The notes under the pieces were generated by a model. It was not told the origin of the DNA. It did no database searches and saw only the letters and a list, made by a program, of their open reading frames with translations. From an uncultured Acidimicrobiaceae bacterium (GTDB taxonomy: Bacteria > Actinomycetota > Acidimicrobiia > Acidimicrobiales > SZUA-35), in the NCBI GenBank assembly GCA_947259095.1, contig CAMYLA010000001.1:26586-90585 (forward strand): 64,000 nucleotides of DNA, given 5' to 3'. Position 1 is the stretch's first letter, and the number at the start of each line of letters is the position of its first letter. Both the position numbers and the translations under genes were made by a program. Positions 30,400 through 39,868 of the stretch are shown here, piece by piece.

Positions 30400-30431
30400 A
30401 AACCGCCGCCGTCGGTGGCCGAGGCGGCGGC
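30400..30431 (-). terminator. Putative terminator hairpin after patA
   Basis: ccgccgcc...ggcggcgg stem with inner tcgg/ccga pairing, followed by a short TTT on the minus strand. Confidence 0.45.
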
Positions 30432-30441
30432 GAGACGAGGA

Positions 30442-31356
30442 TCAGACCGGATCCGATGGCCAGTTCGGTTCCAGTAGATGCCACTGATCAGGGGCCAGGG
30501 CCACCAATTCCTCCAACCGGTCGGCCACCTGCTGCATCAGGATCCGGTTCAGGGCTCGACCGGTCGCCGTTGCATCGCCGGTACCCGCCCGGTCGGGCCA
30601 GATCGGGTCTCCAACCAGGCAGATCCGCTGCCGACCCCGGAAGTAGACGGCGCTCGGCAGCAGCGGCGCCCCGGTACGACGAGCCAGCAACGCCGGACCG
30701 GCCGGCAAGGTGGTGGTCTCGCCGAAGAACTCGACCTCGACCCCGTTGCCGCCGACGTCGCGGTCTGACAGCAGGCACACGACCTCCCGCCGCTTGAGCG
30801 CTGCGGTCAACTCCAGCATTGCCCGAGGGCCGAGGGGCACGACGTTCACGCCGTAGGCCTGCCGGAGCCCGATGAACCATTGGAAGACCTCTTCGGGCTC
30901 AAGACGTTCGACCACCGCGGTCACGTCGACCTCGGCGATCCGCTCCAGCCACGCCGCCGCCCACTCCCAGCCACCCAGGTGGGGCAACACCAGGATCGGC
31001 CCCTGCCCGGTGGCCCTGACCCGTTGAATCTTGTCGAAGCCGACGAAGGAGAACCCTCGGTCGATGCTCCGGTCGCTGAGGTGGGGAAGCCGGAACGACT
31101 CGACCCAGTAGCGACCGTAGGAACCGAAGCCTCGCCGCATCTGCCGATCAGCGCCGGCAGCGTCGCTGCCGTCGACGCCCGTGGCGGCGGCCTCGACCCG
31201 CTCGATGTGGCGCCGAAGCTGGCTGGCCTTGGTGGCCATCAGCCGAGGACCGAGGCGTGCCGACGCCCATTGGACTGCGACGACGAGCGGGGCCAGTGGC
31301 ACCAGGCGGGCCAACAGCGAGCCGCCCCGCAGCACGTTGAGGGCCCGACCGGCCAT
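30442..31356 (-). CDS. patA: Phosphatidylinositol mannoside acyltransferase
   Basis: SYGRYWVESFRLP, LPHLGGWE, LLSDRD, VEFFG, PAGPA, PDQWH. Confidence 0.9.
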   Translation of the reverse strand: MAGRALNVLRGGSLLARLVPLAPLVVAVQWASARLGPRLMATKASQLRRHIERVEAAATGVDGSDAAGADRQMRRGFGSYGRYWVESFRLPHLSDRSIDRGFSFVGFDKIQRVRATGQGPILVLPHLGGWEWAAAWLERIAEVDVTAVVERLEPEEVFQWFIGLRQAYGVNVVPLGPRAMLELTAALKRREVVCLLSDRDVGGNGVEVEFFGETTTLPAGPALLARRTGAPLLPSAVYFRGRQRICLVGDPIWPDRAGTGDATATGRALNRILMQQVADRLEELVALAPDQWHLLEPNWPSDPV

Positions 31357-31382
31357 GACCGAACCGCTCCCCGCCGACTCGG

Positions 31383-32084
31383 CTACCGGGGGGAACGGCG
31401 CCGGCGGGCCTCGGCCCTGGCCCTGGCCCGCTCCCGGATGTCGGCCACCGGTCGGGCGCTCCGGCGGCGGTTGCGGCGGGCCGGGCGGCGGGGATCGGCC
31501 ACCTTCCCGCTGGCCTGGCGCCAGACCTTGATGAACCGGGACACCGCTGTGGCCACCGTCAGCGCAAACATCACCCACAGGGTGGCAACGAAGAGGCCGG
31601 AGAACAGCAAACCGAACCCGAGGGCGATGAAGCGCTCGGCCCGCTCCATCAGTCCACCTTTGGCGGTGAAGCCGAGGCTCTCGGCCTTGGCCCGTTGATA
31701 GGACACCAGCGATGCTGCGATGTAGAGACCGAACGGCAACATCGCCATCCTGGGATCGTCGGACCCGGCCAGGTACCACCCGGCGCCGGCGAACAACAGC
31801 CCGTCGCTGACCCGATCCGACACCGAGTCGAGGAACGCCCCACGGGGGCCGGCCTTGCCGGCCGCCTTGGCCACCGCGCCGTCGAGGGCGTCGGGGAGGC
31901 CGGTCAGAGCCAACAGCAGCACCGCCAGCGGGAACCGGCCGAGGGCGATGGCCACACCGCAGGCACCGGCCATGATCACCCCACTGGCGGTGACCACATC
32001 GGGTGACACGCCGGCTCGCTGCAGGCTCTTGCCCATGGGGGCCACGCCCTTTTCGAACGCGGTGCGAAAGTTGCCGTCAAACAT
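31383..32084 (-). CDS. pgsA: CDP-alcohol phosphatidyltransferase (phosphatidylinositol phosphate synthase)
   Basis: DALDGAVAK...GAFLDSVSDR, VSYQRAKAE, ERAER; operon position. Confidence 0.9.
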   Translation of the reverse strand: MFDGNFRTAFEKGVAPMGKSLQRAGVSPDVVTASGVIMAGACGVAIALGRFPLAVLLLALTGLPDALDGAVAKAAGKAGPRGAFLDSVSDRVSDGLLFAGAGWYLAGSDDPRMAMLPFGLYIAASLVSYQRAKAESLGFTAKGGLMERAERFIALGFGLLFSGLFVATLWVMFALTVATAVSRFIKVWRQASGKVADPRRPARRNRRRSARPVADIRERARARAEARRRRSPR

Positions 32085-32229
32085 GGAGACCTCTCTGGAG
32101 CGACCCAGCCTAGTCGACCACCCCTTCGGCCAGCGCTTGTCGCCGGCCGATCGCCCGGGTCGCTCAGGGACGGTCGGGACGGGTCGGCCCTGCGGCCCCG
32201 TCGGCGGTAACCGGACCGGGGCCGGAGGG

Positions 32230-32832
32230 TCAGGCGTCGAGCTCGGACCAGTCCTCGGGGTTGGCTTCCACGAAGGACTGGATCACCCGGCCGTCCACCC
32301 CGTCGACCAGGGCGAAGCCGCGCCGGTCAGGGGGTTCCTCCGCCGAGTACAGCAGGACCCGCCAGGTGGGCCGGCTGAGCAGGCCCCGCCAGCCCATCTG
32401 GGCCGATGCGTGGCCAACCGGGAAACCGACGGCAGCGATCGCCGCCACCAGCGCATCCCGCTCGTCGATGTTGAGATCCCAGCCGGTGATGATGCTGTAG
32501 CCGCCGACCACCGCCAGGATCGCCGCCGCCCCCAGCAGGCCACGGTTGACGAAGACCCCCTCACCACGGGCCAGCACCAGCAACGCCAGGCCGACTGCGA
32601 TCGCCAGATACAGGTAGCCGGGGACCCGGCGGCGGTTGTTGTTCGGGAAGACGTAGTCCTCGGGGTCGACCAGATCGGGCTGGAGATCCTCCGGCAGCAG
32701 ATCGCCCCCGGCCTGCACCGACCCATCCCCGTCGTCGGGCCGGCCGGAATCGGCGGCTCCGGAGCTGCCGGAATCGCCCTCCTCGACATGCTCGACCTCA
32801 TCGCCGGGCTCGGTGTGGTTGCGCTCGCTCAC
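32230..32832 (-). CDS. Hypothetical two-TM membrane protein
   Basis: GTGA overlap with the HIT stop; acidic N-terminus, 2 TM helices, C-terminal RPTWRVLLYS...LVDGVDG. Confidence 0.75.
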   Translation of the reverse strand: MSERNHTEPGDEVEHVEEGDSGSSGAADSGRPDDGDGSVQAGGDLLPEDLQPDLVDPEDYVFPNNNRRRVPGYLYLAIAVGLALLVLARGEGVFVNRGLLGAAAILAVVGGYSIITGWDLNIDERDALVAAIAAVGFPVGHASAQMGWRGLLSRPTWRVLLYSAEEPPDRRGFALVDGVDGRVIQSFVEANPEDWSELDA

Positions 32833-33368
32833 TTTTGAGACGGTAGCGGTTCGGGCCAGCTGGCCCGTACTCGGAGCCACGAATCCCGGAGGGTCATCGG
32901 CAACACCCTGGCCTCGGCCACCGTGGTGGTGAAACTGGTGTCTGCGTACCACCGGGGCACGATGTGGACGTGGAGATGATCGGGGATCGACGCACCGCCG
33001 GCCCGGCCCTCGTTGACGCCGACGTTCATGCCGTCAGGCGAGAAGGCATCGCCCACCGCCCGGTAGGCGATCCGGACCAACCGCCACAGATCGTCATGCT
33101 CCTCGTCGGTCAGCTCCAAGATGTTTGGCACCGCCCGCTTCGGCAGGACCATCACATGGCCGGAGCTGTAGGGGTAGACGTTCAGCACCGCGAAGCAGGA
33201 CCGCCGGCGGGCGATCAGGTAGGTCCGGTCGTCGGCCAGCGGTGATTGCTCGATGGTCTCGAACAAGGATTTGCCCGGCTCGGCTTCGATCGCCTCGTAG
33301 GGCAGGCCGTCCGAGCCCGAACCCGGCGGCGCGCCCAGCCGCCAACCGGCGTACATGCGGTCCATCAT
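32829..33368 (-). CDS. HIT family protein (Ap4A phosphorylase-like)
   Basis: LNVYPYSSGHVMV, GMNVG and HLHVHIVPRW; lies after thrS as in mycobacteria. Confidence 0.9.
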   Translation of the reverse strand: MMDRMYAGWRLGAPPGSGSDGLPYEAIEAEPGKSLFETIEQSPLADDRTYLIARRRSCFAVLNVYPYSSGHVMVLPKRAVPNILELTDEEHDDLWRLVRIAYRAVGDAFSPDGMNVGVNEGRAGGASIPDHLHVHIVPRWYADTSFTTTVAEARVLPMTLRDSWLRVRASWPEPLPSQK

Positions 33369-33402
33369 CGGCCGCCCGAGGTTGTGCCAGCCACCGGCGT
33401 GA

Positions 33403-35358
33403 CTACGGGGCCGGCTCGGCGGCCAGCCTGTCGATGAACTCGTCGACAGGGACGTTGCGTTCGACTTCGCCGCCTCGGGGGTTGACCCCGACGGTACCGG
33501 CTGCCACATCGTCGTCGCCGACGACGAGGACATAGGGGATCTTCTGGGTCTTGGCCCGCCGGATCCGTTTTCCGAGCGGATCGTTGGCCTCGCTGGTCTC
33601 CACCCGATAGCCGGCCTCGACCAGCTGGGCCGCCACCGAATCGGCGTAGCCGTTGTGGTCCTCGGCCACCGGCAACACCTCGACCTGGACCGGGGCCAAC
33701 CAGAGGGGGAAGTTCCCGGCAAAATGCTCGACCAGCACGCCGAAGAACCGCTCGATCGAACCGAGCAACGCCCGGTGCAGCATCACCGGCCGGCGGCGGG
33801 AGCCATCGGAGGCCACGTACTCCAGGTCGAACCGATCGGGGAGGTTGAAGTCGGCCTGGATCGTGGAGAGCTGCCACGACCGGCCGATGGCATCGCGAAC
33901 GTCGATGTCGATCTTGGGGCCGTAGAACGCGCCGCCGCCCTCGTCGACGGTGTACGACATTTCGGCCTTGTTCAGGGTGTCGCGCAGGCACTCGGTTGCC
34001 AGGTCCCAGATGTGGTCGCTGCCGACCGACTTCTCGGCCGGCCGGGTCGAGAGCTTGGCCTCGAAATCGTCGAAACCGAAGGCCTGGAGCATGTCGAGGA
34101 CGAACCGCAACGTACGATCCAACTCCTGTGGCAGGCCTTCCTCGGTGACGAAGATGTGGGCGTCGTCCTGGGTGAAGCCCCTGATCCGCATCAGACCATG
34201 GAGCGTGCCGGCCCGCTCGTATCGGTAGACGGTGCCGAGCTCGAACAGCCGGATCGGCAGGTCGCGGTACGACCGCTGTTGGGACCGGTAGACCAGCACG
34301 TGCATCGGGCAGTTCATCGGCTTCGGGTAGTACGTGCCGTTGTCCATCTCCATCGGCGGGTACATCCCGTCGGCGTAGAAGTCGAGGTGGCCGGAGGTCT
34401 CGAACAGTTTCCCGTTTGCCAGATGAGGGGTGTAGGTGAAGTCGTAGCCGCCCTCCTCGTGGCGGCGGCGGGAGTAGTCCTCCATCAGCTTTCGCACCGT
34501 TGCACCCCGGGGGTGCCAGATCGCCAGGCCGCCGCCGAGTTCGGAAGGGAACGAAAGCAGATCGAGTTCGTTCGCCAACCGACGGTGGTCCCGCTTTGCC
34601 GCCTCCTCCAACCGGTGGAGGTGGGCCGCCAGCTGCTTACGATCGGCCCACGCCGTGCCGTAGATACGCTGCAGCATCGGGTTGTGCTCGTCGCCCTTCC
34701 AGTAGGCGCCCGCAACCTTCATCAACTTGAAGTGGCCGAGCCTGCCGGTGGACGGCACGTGGGGCCCGACACACATGTCGATGAAGGCGTCGCTGTTGCG
34801 GTAGAAGCTGATCACCTCACCGCTGGCCTCGTTAGCCACTTCGGAATCGGACTGGCCTGACGTGACCTGCTCGATGATGGCCCGCTTGTAGCGGTGGTCG
34901 GCCATGATCGACATCGCCTCGTCGGCGGTGACCTCGGAACGGACGAACGGCTGATCGGCGGCCACGATGTCGCGCATCTTGGCTTCGATCCGTGCCAGGT
35001 CCTCGTCGCTGAAGGTCTCACCATCGGGCAGTTCGAAGTCGTAGTAGAAGCCGTCTTCGATCGGTGGGCCGATGGCGAACGTGGCGCCGGGCCACAGCTC
35101 GAGCACGGCCTGGGCCAGGACGTGGGCCGTCGAGTGCCGCAGCACATGCAGACCCTGATCCGAGGCTGCGGTGACGATCTCCACCTTCTGGCCGTCGGAG
35201 AGCTGGGTGTCGAGGTCGGCCTCGACCCCGTCGACAACAGCGATGAGGGCGTCGTTTGCCAAGCGCTTGCCGATATCGGCGGCCAGGGTCGCCACGGTGG
35301 CACCGCTTTCGAGCGTGCGCTGGGAACCGTCCGGGAGTACTACCGATATCTCTGACAC
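33403..35358 (-). CDS. thrS: Threonine--tRNA ligase
   Basis: TGS domain, RHSTAHVLA, KPMNCP, RGFTQDDAHIF, FYGPKID, HRALLGSIERF. Confidence 0.98.
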   Translation of the reverse strand: MSEISVVLPDGSQRTLESGATVATLAADIGKRLANDALIAVVDGVEADLDTQLSDGQKVEIVTAASDQGLHVLRHSTAHVLAQAVLELWPGATFAIGPPIEDGFYYDFELPDGETFSDEDLARIEAKMRDIVAADQPFVRSEVTADEAMSIMADHRYKRAIIEQVTSGQSDSEVANEASGEVISFYRNSDAFIDMCVGPHVPSTGRLGHFKLMKVAGAYWKGDEHNPMLQRIYGTAWADRKQLAAHLHRLEEAAKRDHRRLANELDLLSFPSELGGGLAIWHPRGATVRKLMEDYSRRRHEEGGYDFTYTPHLANGKLFETSGHLDFYADGMYPPMEMDNGTYYPKPMNCPMHVLVYRSQQRSYRDLPIRLFELGTVYRYERAGTLHGLMRIRGFTQDDAHIFVTEEGLPQELDRTLRFVLDMLQAFGFDDFEAKLSTRPAEKSVGSDHIWDLATECLRDTLNKAEMSYTVDEGGGAFYGPKIDIDVRDAIGRSWQLSTIQADFNLPDRFDLEYVASDGSRRRPVMLHRALLGSIERFFGVLVEHFAGNFPLWLAPVQVEVLPVAEDHNGYADSVAAQLVEAGYRVETSEANDPLGKRIRRAKTQKIPYVLVVGDDDVAAGTVGVNPRGGEVERNVPVDEFIDRLAAEPAP

Positions 35359-35473
35359 AGCACCGAGTCTACGTTCTCGTGCCGACTTGAAGCGTCGATT
35401 ATCGGCGGAACCGGCGGGCCCGGGATGCCACGCTCCGCCCGCCGGCGCCGATGGCGACGCACCGGGCCCGCCG

Positions 35474-36292
35474 TCAGGACGCGGCGAGCACCTCGGCCAG
35501 CGGGACCAGCGGTTCACTGGTCAACACCGAGGTGGACAACGGACGCTCGATGGTGGCGACCGGCGCCCGAGCTCCGGCCGACGGGGCCGCCACAGACGCC
35601 GACACGTCCGCCGGCTCGGGTTTGGCGGCCGAACCGGCGTAGACGTTGACATAGTCAAGGCCGGTCAGGCTCTGGATCTCGTACATCACGTCGTCGATGA
35701 GCTCCCGGTAGACGGCCCGATCGCCGATCCGGGACTGGTAGCGCTCGACCTCGATCGGTTCGCCGAACCGGATGACGACCCGGCGGAAGAACTTCGGCAT
35801 GGCCGCATCGACAGGCTGGATATCGGCGGTGCCGAGCAGGCCGACCGGAATGATCGGCGCCCCGGTTTCGATGGCAAGCCGAGCGGCCCCGGTGTGGCCC
35901 TTGTGGAGCTTGCCGGAGCGGCTCCTGGTGCCCTCGGGGTAGATACCGAACAGTCCCCCACCTTCGAGGACCGCCCTGGCGGTGTCGAGGGCGGCCTTGG
36001 CATGGTCGCCGCCCCGCCGGTCGATCGGGATCATGCCCAACGCCGGGAACAGGCGTCGGGTTTTCCAATCGTCGAGGTACTCGGACTTGCCGACGTAGAT
36101 CAGGTTGCGATCCAGTACCGCGGGGACAAAGGCCGAGTCGATGGCCGCCACATGGTTTGGGCACAGCACGGCCGGACCGGTGTCGGGGACGTGTTCCAGC
36201 CCCTCGACCTGAAAGTCCCACAGCCTGGCGACCACCGGCTGCAGGAATCGGCGGGCCACCGACTGGTAGCGGCCGATCCCTTCGGGGATCAA
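35474..36292 (-). CDS. 1-acyl-sn-glycerol-3-phosphate acyltransferase (PlsC family)
   Basis: NHVAAID (HxxxxD), GIYPEGTRS, PIIPVG. Confidence 0.9.
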   Translation of the reverse strand: MIPEGIGRYQSVARRFLQPVVARLWDFQVEGLEHVPDTGPAVLCPNHVAAIDSAFVPAVLDRNLIYVGKSEYLDDWKTRRLFPALGMIPIDRRGGDHAKAALDTARAVLEGGGLFGIYPEGTRSRSGKLHKGHTGAARLAIETGAPIIPVGLLGTADIQPVDAAMPKFFRRVVIRFGEPIEVERYQSRIGDRAVYRELIDDVMYEIQSLTGLDYVNVYAGSAAKPEPADVSASVAAPSAGARAPVATIERPLSTSVLTSEPLVPLAEVLAAS

Positions 36293-37452
36293 GACGGGTC
36301 CTTGGCCGACGGTGGATTGAGCGTCACCGATCCGGCCGACAGGTCGACCCCCAGCAGCAACGCGGCGGCGGAGACCCCTTGGCCCCGATATGCGGCGGCA
36401 TCGATGGCGGCCACCGCAGCCGGGGTGTCGAGGTCGTTGTCCAAGGCGGCTCGAACCTCCTCGATCGCCCCCTCACCGTCTCCGGCGTCGAGCCAGCGAA
36501 GCAATCGGTCCGCCGCCTCCGGCATGATGTCGTCGTTCCACTCCCAGGCCGTCCGGTAATGGTTGGCCACGATGCCGAGCCTGATCGCCCGTGGATCGTA
36601 TTCCTTGCGGAGGTCACTGACGAAGACCAGGTTGCCGAGGGACTTCGACATCTTCTCCCCGTCCATCCTGACCATGGCCTGGTGCATCCAGTGGCGGACG
36701 AACGGCTCCCCGGTGGCGGCCATCGACTGCGCCGCCTCGCACTCGTGATGGGGAAAGATCAGGTCGGCACCGCCACCGTGGAGGTCGATGGTGGTGCCGA
36801 GCTCCCGTAGGGCAAGCGCCGAGCACTCGATGTGCCAGCCGGGACGGCCCGCCCCCCACAGCGAGTCCCACGCCGGTTCCCCGTCTGCCGACGGCTGCCA
36901 CAACACGAAGTCGAGCGGGTCCCGTTTGTGGGGATCGTCGGGGTTGCCGCCCCGCTCGGCGGCCAGCGCCAGCATGGTCTCGCGGTCGTAGCCCGAGATC
37001 TCACCGAACTGCGGCCACTTCCCAACCTCGAAGTACACCGCCCCCCCGGCCTCGTAGGCGTAGCCGTTGTCCAGCACCATGCCGATGAAGCCCCGGATGT
37101 CGGCGATTGCCGACGTGGCCCGCGGTTCACTCCAGCTGACGAGCACGCCGAGGGCCTCCATGTCGTCGTCGAACCGGGCGGTCTCGGCCGCCGCCAGGTC
37201 GAGATAGTGCACGTTGAGCTCTCGGGCCTTGGCCAGGATCGAGTCGTCGACGTCGGTGACGTTGCGGACGCAACGGGTCTCGTGGCCGAGATCCCGCAGC
37301 CGACGTTGCAGGACGTCGTAGCCGAGATACACCGCAGCGTGCCCCAGGTGGGTGGCGTCATAGGGTGTGATGCCGCAGGTATAGATGGTGACGACCGGTC
37401 CCGGTTCGAAGGGGACGACCTGACCGCGTGCTGTGTCGAAGAGCTTGATCAC
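36289..37452 (-). CDS. mshC: MshC-like cysteine ligase (truncated CysRS paralog)
   Basis: YTCGITPYDATHLGH, ERGGNP, GRPGWHIECS, FPHHE, KMSKS; about 387 aa with no anticodon-binding domain. Confidence 0.75.
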   Translation of the reverse strand: MIKLFDTARGQVVPFEPGPVVTIYTCGITPYDATHLGHAAVYLGYDVLQRRLRDLGHETRCVRNVTDVDDSILAKARELNVHYLDLAAAETARFDDDMEALGVLVSWSEPRATSAIADIRGFIGMVLDNGYAYEAGGAVYFEVGKWPQFGEISGYDRETMLALAAERGGNPDDPHKRDPLDFVLWQPSADGEPAWDSLWGAGRPGWHIECSALALRELGTTIDLHGGGADLIFPHHECEAAQSMAATGEPFVRHWMHQAMVRMDGEKMSKSLGNLVFVSDLRKEYDPRAIRLGIVANHYRTAWEWNDDIMPEAADRLLRWLDAGDGEGAIEEVRAALDNDLDTPAAVAAIDAAAYRGQGVSAAALLLGVDLSAGSVTLNPPSAKDPS

Positions 37453-37579
37453 CAGTGCCGAGCGTACCGCCCTACCCCCCGGGGCGAGCAAAAGCTCGAA
37501 CCCTTGCCGCTCCCGGCGTCGACAGGGAAACGGCCCGCATCGGGTGCAACCGGGGCCGGTGGGTGGTAGTCAGAGACGT

Positions 37580-38347
37580 ATGGCCCTTCTCACTGGCAAG
37601 AAACTGCTCATCACCGGCGTGCTGACCGACGACTCGTTGGCCTTCGGTGTGGCCAAGCTGGCGCAGCAGGAGGGGGCCGAGGTGGTGTTGACCGGCTTCG
37701 ACCGGGCGCTGCGGCTGACCAGGCGCACGGCCCGCAAACTCGATCCGGTCCCCGACGTCTACGAGCTTGACGTCACCGACGTCGGCCACGGCCAGGCCCT
37801 GCAGGACACCTTGCGGGAGCGGTGGGGAACGGTCGACGGCGCACTCCATGCGGTGGGGTTCGCCCCGCCCAGCTGCCTCGGCGACGATTTCTCGGCCCCG
37901 GACTGGGACGACGTTGCGGTGGCCATGGAAGTCTCGGCCTACTCGCTGCGATCGCTGGCCGACATCGTGTCGCCGCTGATGCCGGACGGTGGCTCGCTGG
38001 TCGGCCTGACCTTCGACGCCACGGTCTCCTGGCCTGCCTACAACTGGATGGGGGTGGCAAAGGCGGCCATGGAGTCGCTCAACCGCTACCTGGCACGGGA
38101 CCTCGGGCCCCAGGGCGTCCGCTGCAATCTGGTGGCCGCCGGACCGATGAAGACCATCGCCGCCAAGTCGATTCCCGGCTTCGCCGCGTTCGAGGACGAA
38201 TGGACCAAGCGAGCCCCCCTCGGCTGGGACGTGACCGACCCCGAGGGTGTCTCGAAGGCCTGCGTCGCCCTGCTGTCAGACTGGTTCCCCCAGACCACCG
38301 GCTCGATCATCCACGTCGACGGCGGCTATCACTCGGTCGGGGCCTGA
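37580..38347 (+). CDS. fabI: Enoyl-ACP reductase FabI/InhA
   Basis: GKKLLITGVLTDDSLAF, YNWMGVAKA, NLVAAGP, IIHVDGG. Confidence 0.95.
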   Translation: MALLTGKKLLITGVLTDDSLAFGVAKLAQQEGAEVVLTGFDRALRLTRRTARKLDPVPDVYELDVTDVGHGQALQDTLRERWGTVDGALHAVGFAPPSCLGDDFSAPDWDDVAVAMEVSAYSLRSLADIVSPLMPDGGSLVGLTFDATVSWPAYNWMGVAKAAMESLNRYLARDLGPQGVRCNLVAAGPMKTIAAKSIPGFAAFEDEWTKRAPLGWDVTDPEGVSKACVALLSDWFPQTTGSIIHVDGGYHSVGA

Positions 38348-38413
38348 GGGCCCCTCGCACCCGGTCGAGGCCTGAGGGCCCCACGCACCCGGTCGAGGCC
38401 TGAGGGCCCCTCA
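38335..38413. repeat. 28-bp tandem repeat (about 2.7 copies) between convergent stops
   Basis: ggcctgagggcccc(t/a)cgcacccggtcga units start at 38341, 38369 and 38397. Confidence 0.9.
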
Positions 38414-39829
38414 CCCTTCGGGGGCCACGAGCCAGCGAGGGTTGTTGACCGCCAGCCGGTCGACCACCGAACCCATCACCACCTCGGCCACGTCGTCCAG
38501 CCGATCGTCGAATTGGCCGCTGCGGATGGCGCCGGACAACTCCCGCTCCGAATCGAACCCCAGACCGGCCAGGCGCCGACCTCGCCGTTCCGCGATGTCG
38601 CCCCGCAGGTCCAGTTCCCGCCCGATGGTTGCCAGCGCGTTGGCCGCGACCAGCGCGTGGAATCGGGTCCGACCCTCCGTGCTGTCCGAGACATCTCCGA
38701 GCAGGAAATCCCGGACCGCATCGAGCAGGTCGGCAGACGACGGCCGGCCGCCCCCCTCGGCCATCCCGGTGCCCAGTGGCCTCGACTCCCCGACCGAAGG
38801 CACGGCGCCGACCGCAGCCTCGGCCCTGGCCGAGGCTGCGGGGTGGATCAGGCGGAGCACGTCGTATTCCTGTTCGGCCACCCGGGGTCCGATCGACACC
38901 AACTCGACCGACGGCACATCACCCGACAGATGCCGGTTGCTCTGGGTGCCGCACATGATGCCCCACTTGAGGGTGCCCAGGGTTTCCCACCAACGAACGG
39001 TCGCAGGATCGACCGGGACACCGGCCGCCTCCTCGTAGGCGGCGAACAGCTCGCCATAGCCACCGACACCGGCTACCGGCTCCGGGCCGCCGAATCGCCA
39101 GGCCCGGACGCACAGCCAGCCAAGATCCTCCATCGGGTCACCGAGATGGCCGAGCTCCCAGTCGATCACCGCCGCCAGTCCGTCTTCGTCGATGATCAGG
39201 TTGCCCAATCGGAAGTCGCCGTGAACCACCGTGAGGGGCCGATCGGTGCGATCACCGCCGACGGGCCGGTTGGCTTCCAACCAGCGGAACCCCAGCTCGA
39301 ACGCCGGACTGACCAGGTCCAGCTCCTCCGCCACCTCCCGATACCGACCGACCTCGTCCGTGACCTCCAACCAAGGCACCTCGGCCGGGTCCACCCCGGT
39401 GTGGAGGGCGGCCAGCGCCCGCCCGAGCTGCGACGGCAGCACCCGGCGGGCCTGTTCGAAACGATCGTCCCGCAGGATCCGTCTGGCGATGGTCTCGCCG
39501 TGGACCCGCTCGGTCACGAAGAAACTGTGGCCCACCGCTGCGGCGCCGTCACGGTTGGTGCCCACGACCAGCGGAGTCGGCACGCCGGCCTTCCTGGCGG
39601 TGCGGACGAGGTCGGCTTCGTCCGCCATACCGTTCGGCAGCCGCGGCTCCGGCGAGATCTCCCGCTGGAGCACGAACTCGCTCGGCCCGCCTCCGGTCTC
39701 GGTCGCCACCGCATAGGTTTGGCGGCTGGCCCCGCCGGTGAGCTGTTCGGCCGACCGGACCGGCCCGGCACCGGCGTTTCGAGTCAGGAGCTCGCCGAGA
39801 GCCTCGAGGCCGGGGGGATCGAGCGACAT
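38411..39829 (-). CDS. APH-family phosphotransferase fused to a C-terminal DUF6285-like domain
   Basis: LTGGASRQT, VHGDFRLGN, IDWELGHLGDPMEDLGW; the tail RPSSADLLDAVRDFL...FHALVAANAL...LAVNNPRW resembles DUF6285. Confidence 0.85.
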   Translation of the reverse strand: MSLDPPGLEALGELLTRNAGAGPVRSAEQLTGGASRQTYAVATETGGGPSEFVLQREISPEPRLPNGMADEADLVRTARKAGVPTPLVVGTNRDGAAAVGHSFFVTERVHGETIARRILRDDRFEQARRVLPSQLGRALAALHTGVDPAEVPWLEVTDEVGRYREVAEELDLVSPAFELGFRWLEANRPVGGDRTDRPLTVVHGDFRLGNLIIDEDGLAAVIDWELGHLGDPMEDLGWLCVRAWRFGGPEPVAGVGGYGELFAAYEEAAGVPVDPATVRWWETLGTLKWGIMCGTQSNRHLSGDVPSVELVSIGPRVAEQEYDVLRLIHPAASARAEAAVGAVPSVGESRPLGTGMAEGGGRPSSADLLDAVRDFLLGDVSDSTEGRTRFHALVAANALATIGRELDLRGDIAERRGRRLAGLGFDSERELSGAIRSGQFDDRLDDVAEVVMGSVVDRLAVNNPRWLVAPEG

Positions 39830-39868
39830 CGTCACAACCTAGGGGTGCGCCGCCCGCCCCTCAAGTCT

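Noticed and set aside
38335-38413. Possible mini-CRISPR (28-bp period)
   Set aside because: Units are contiguous with no unique spacers, and there are no cas genes.
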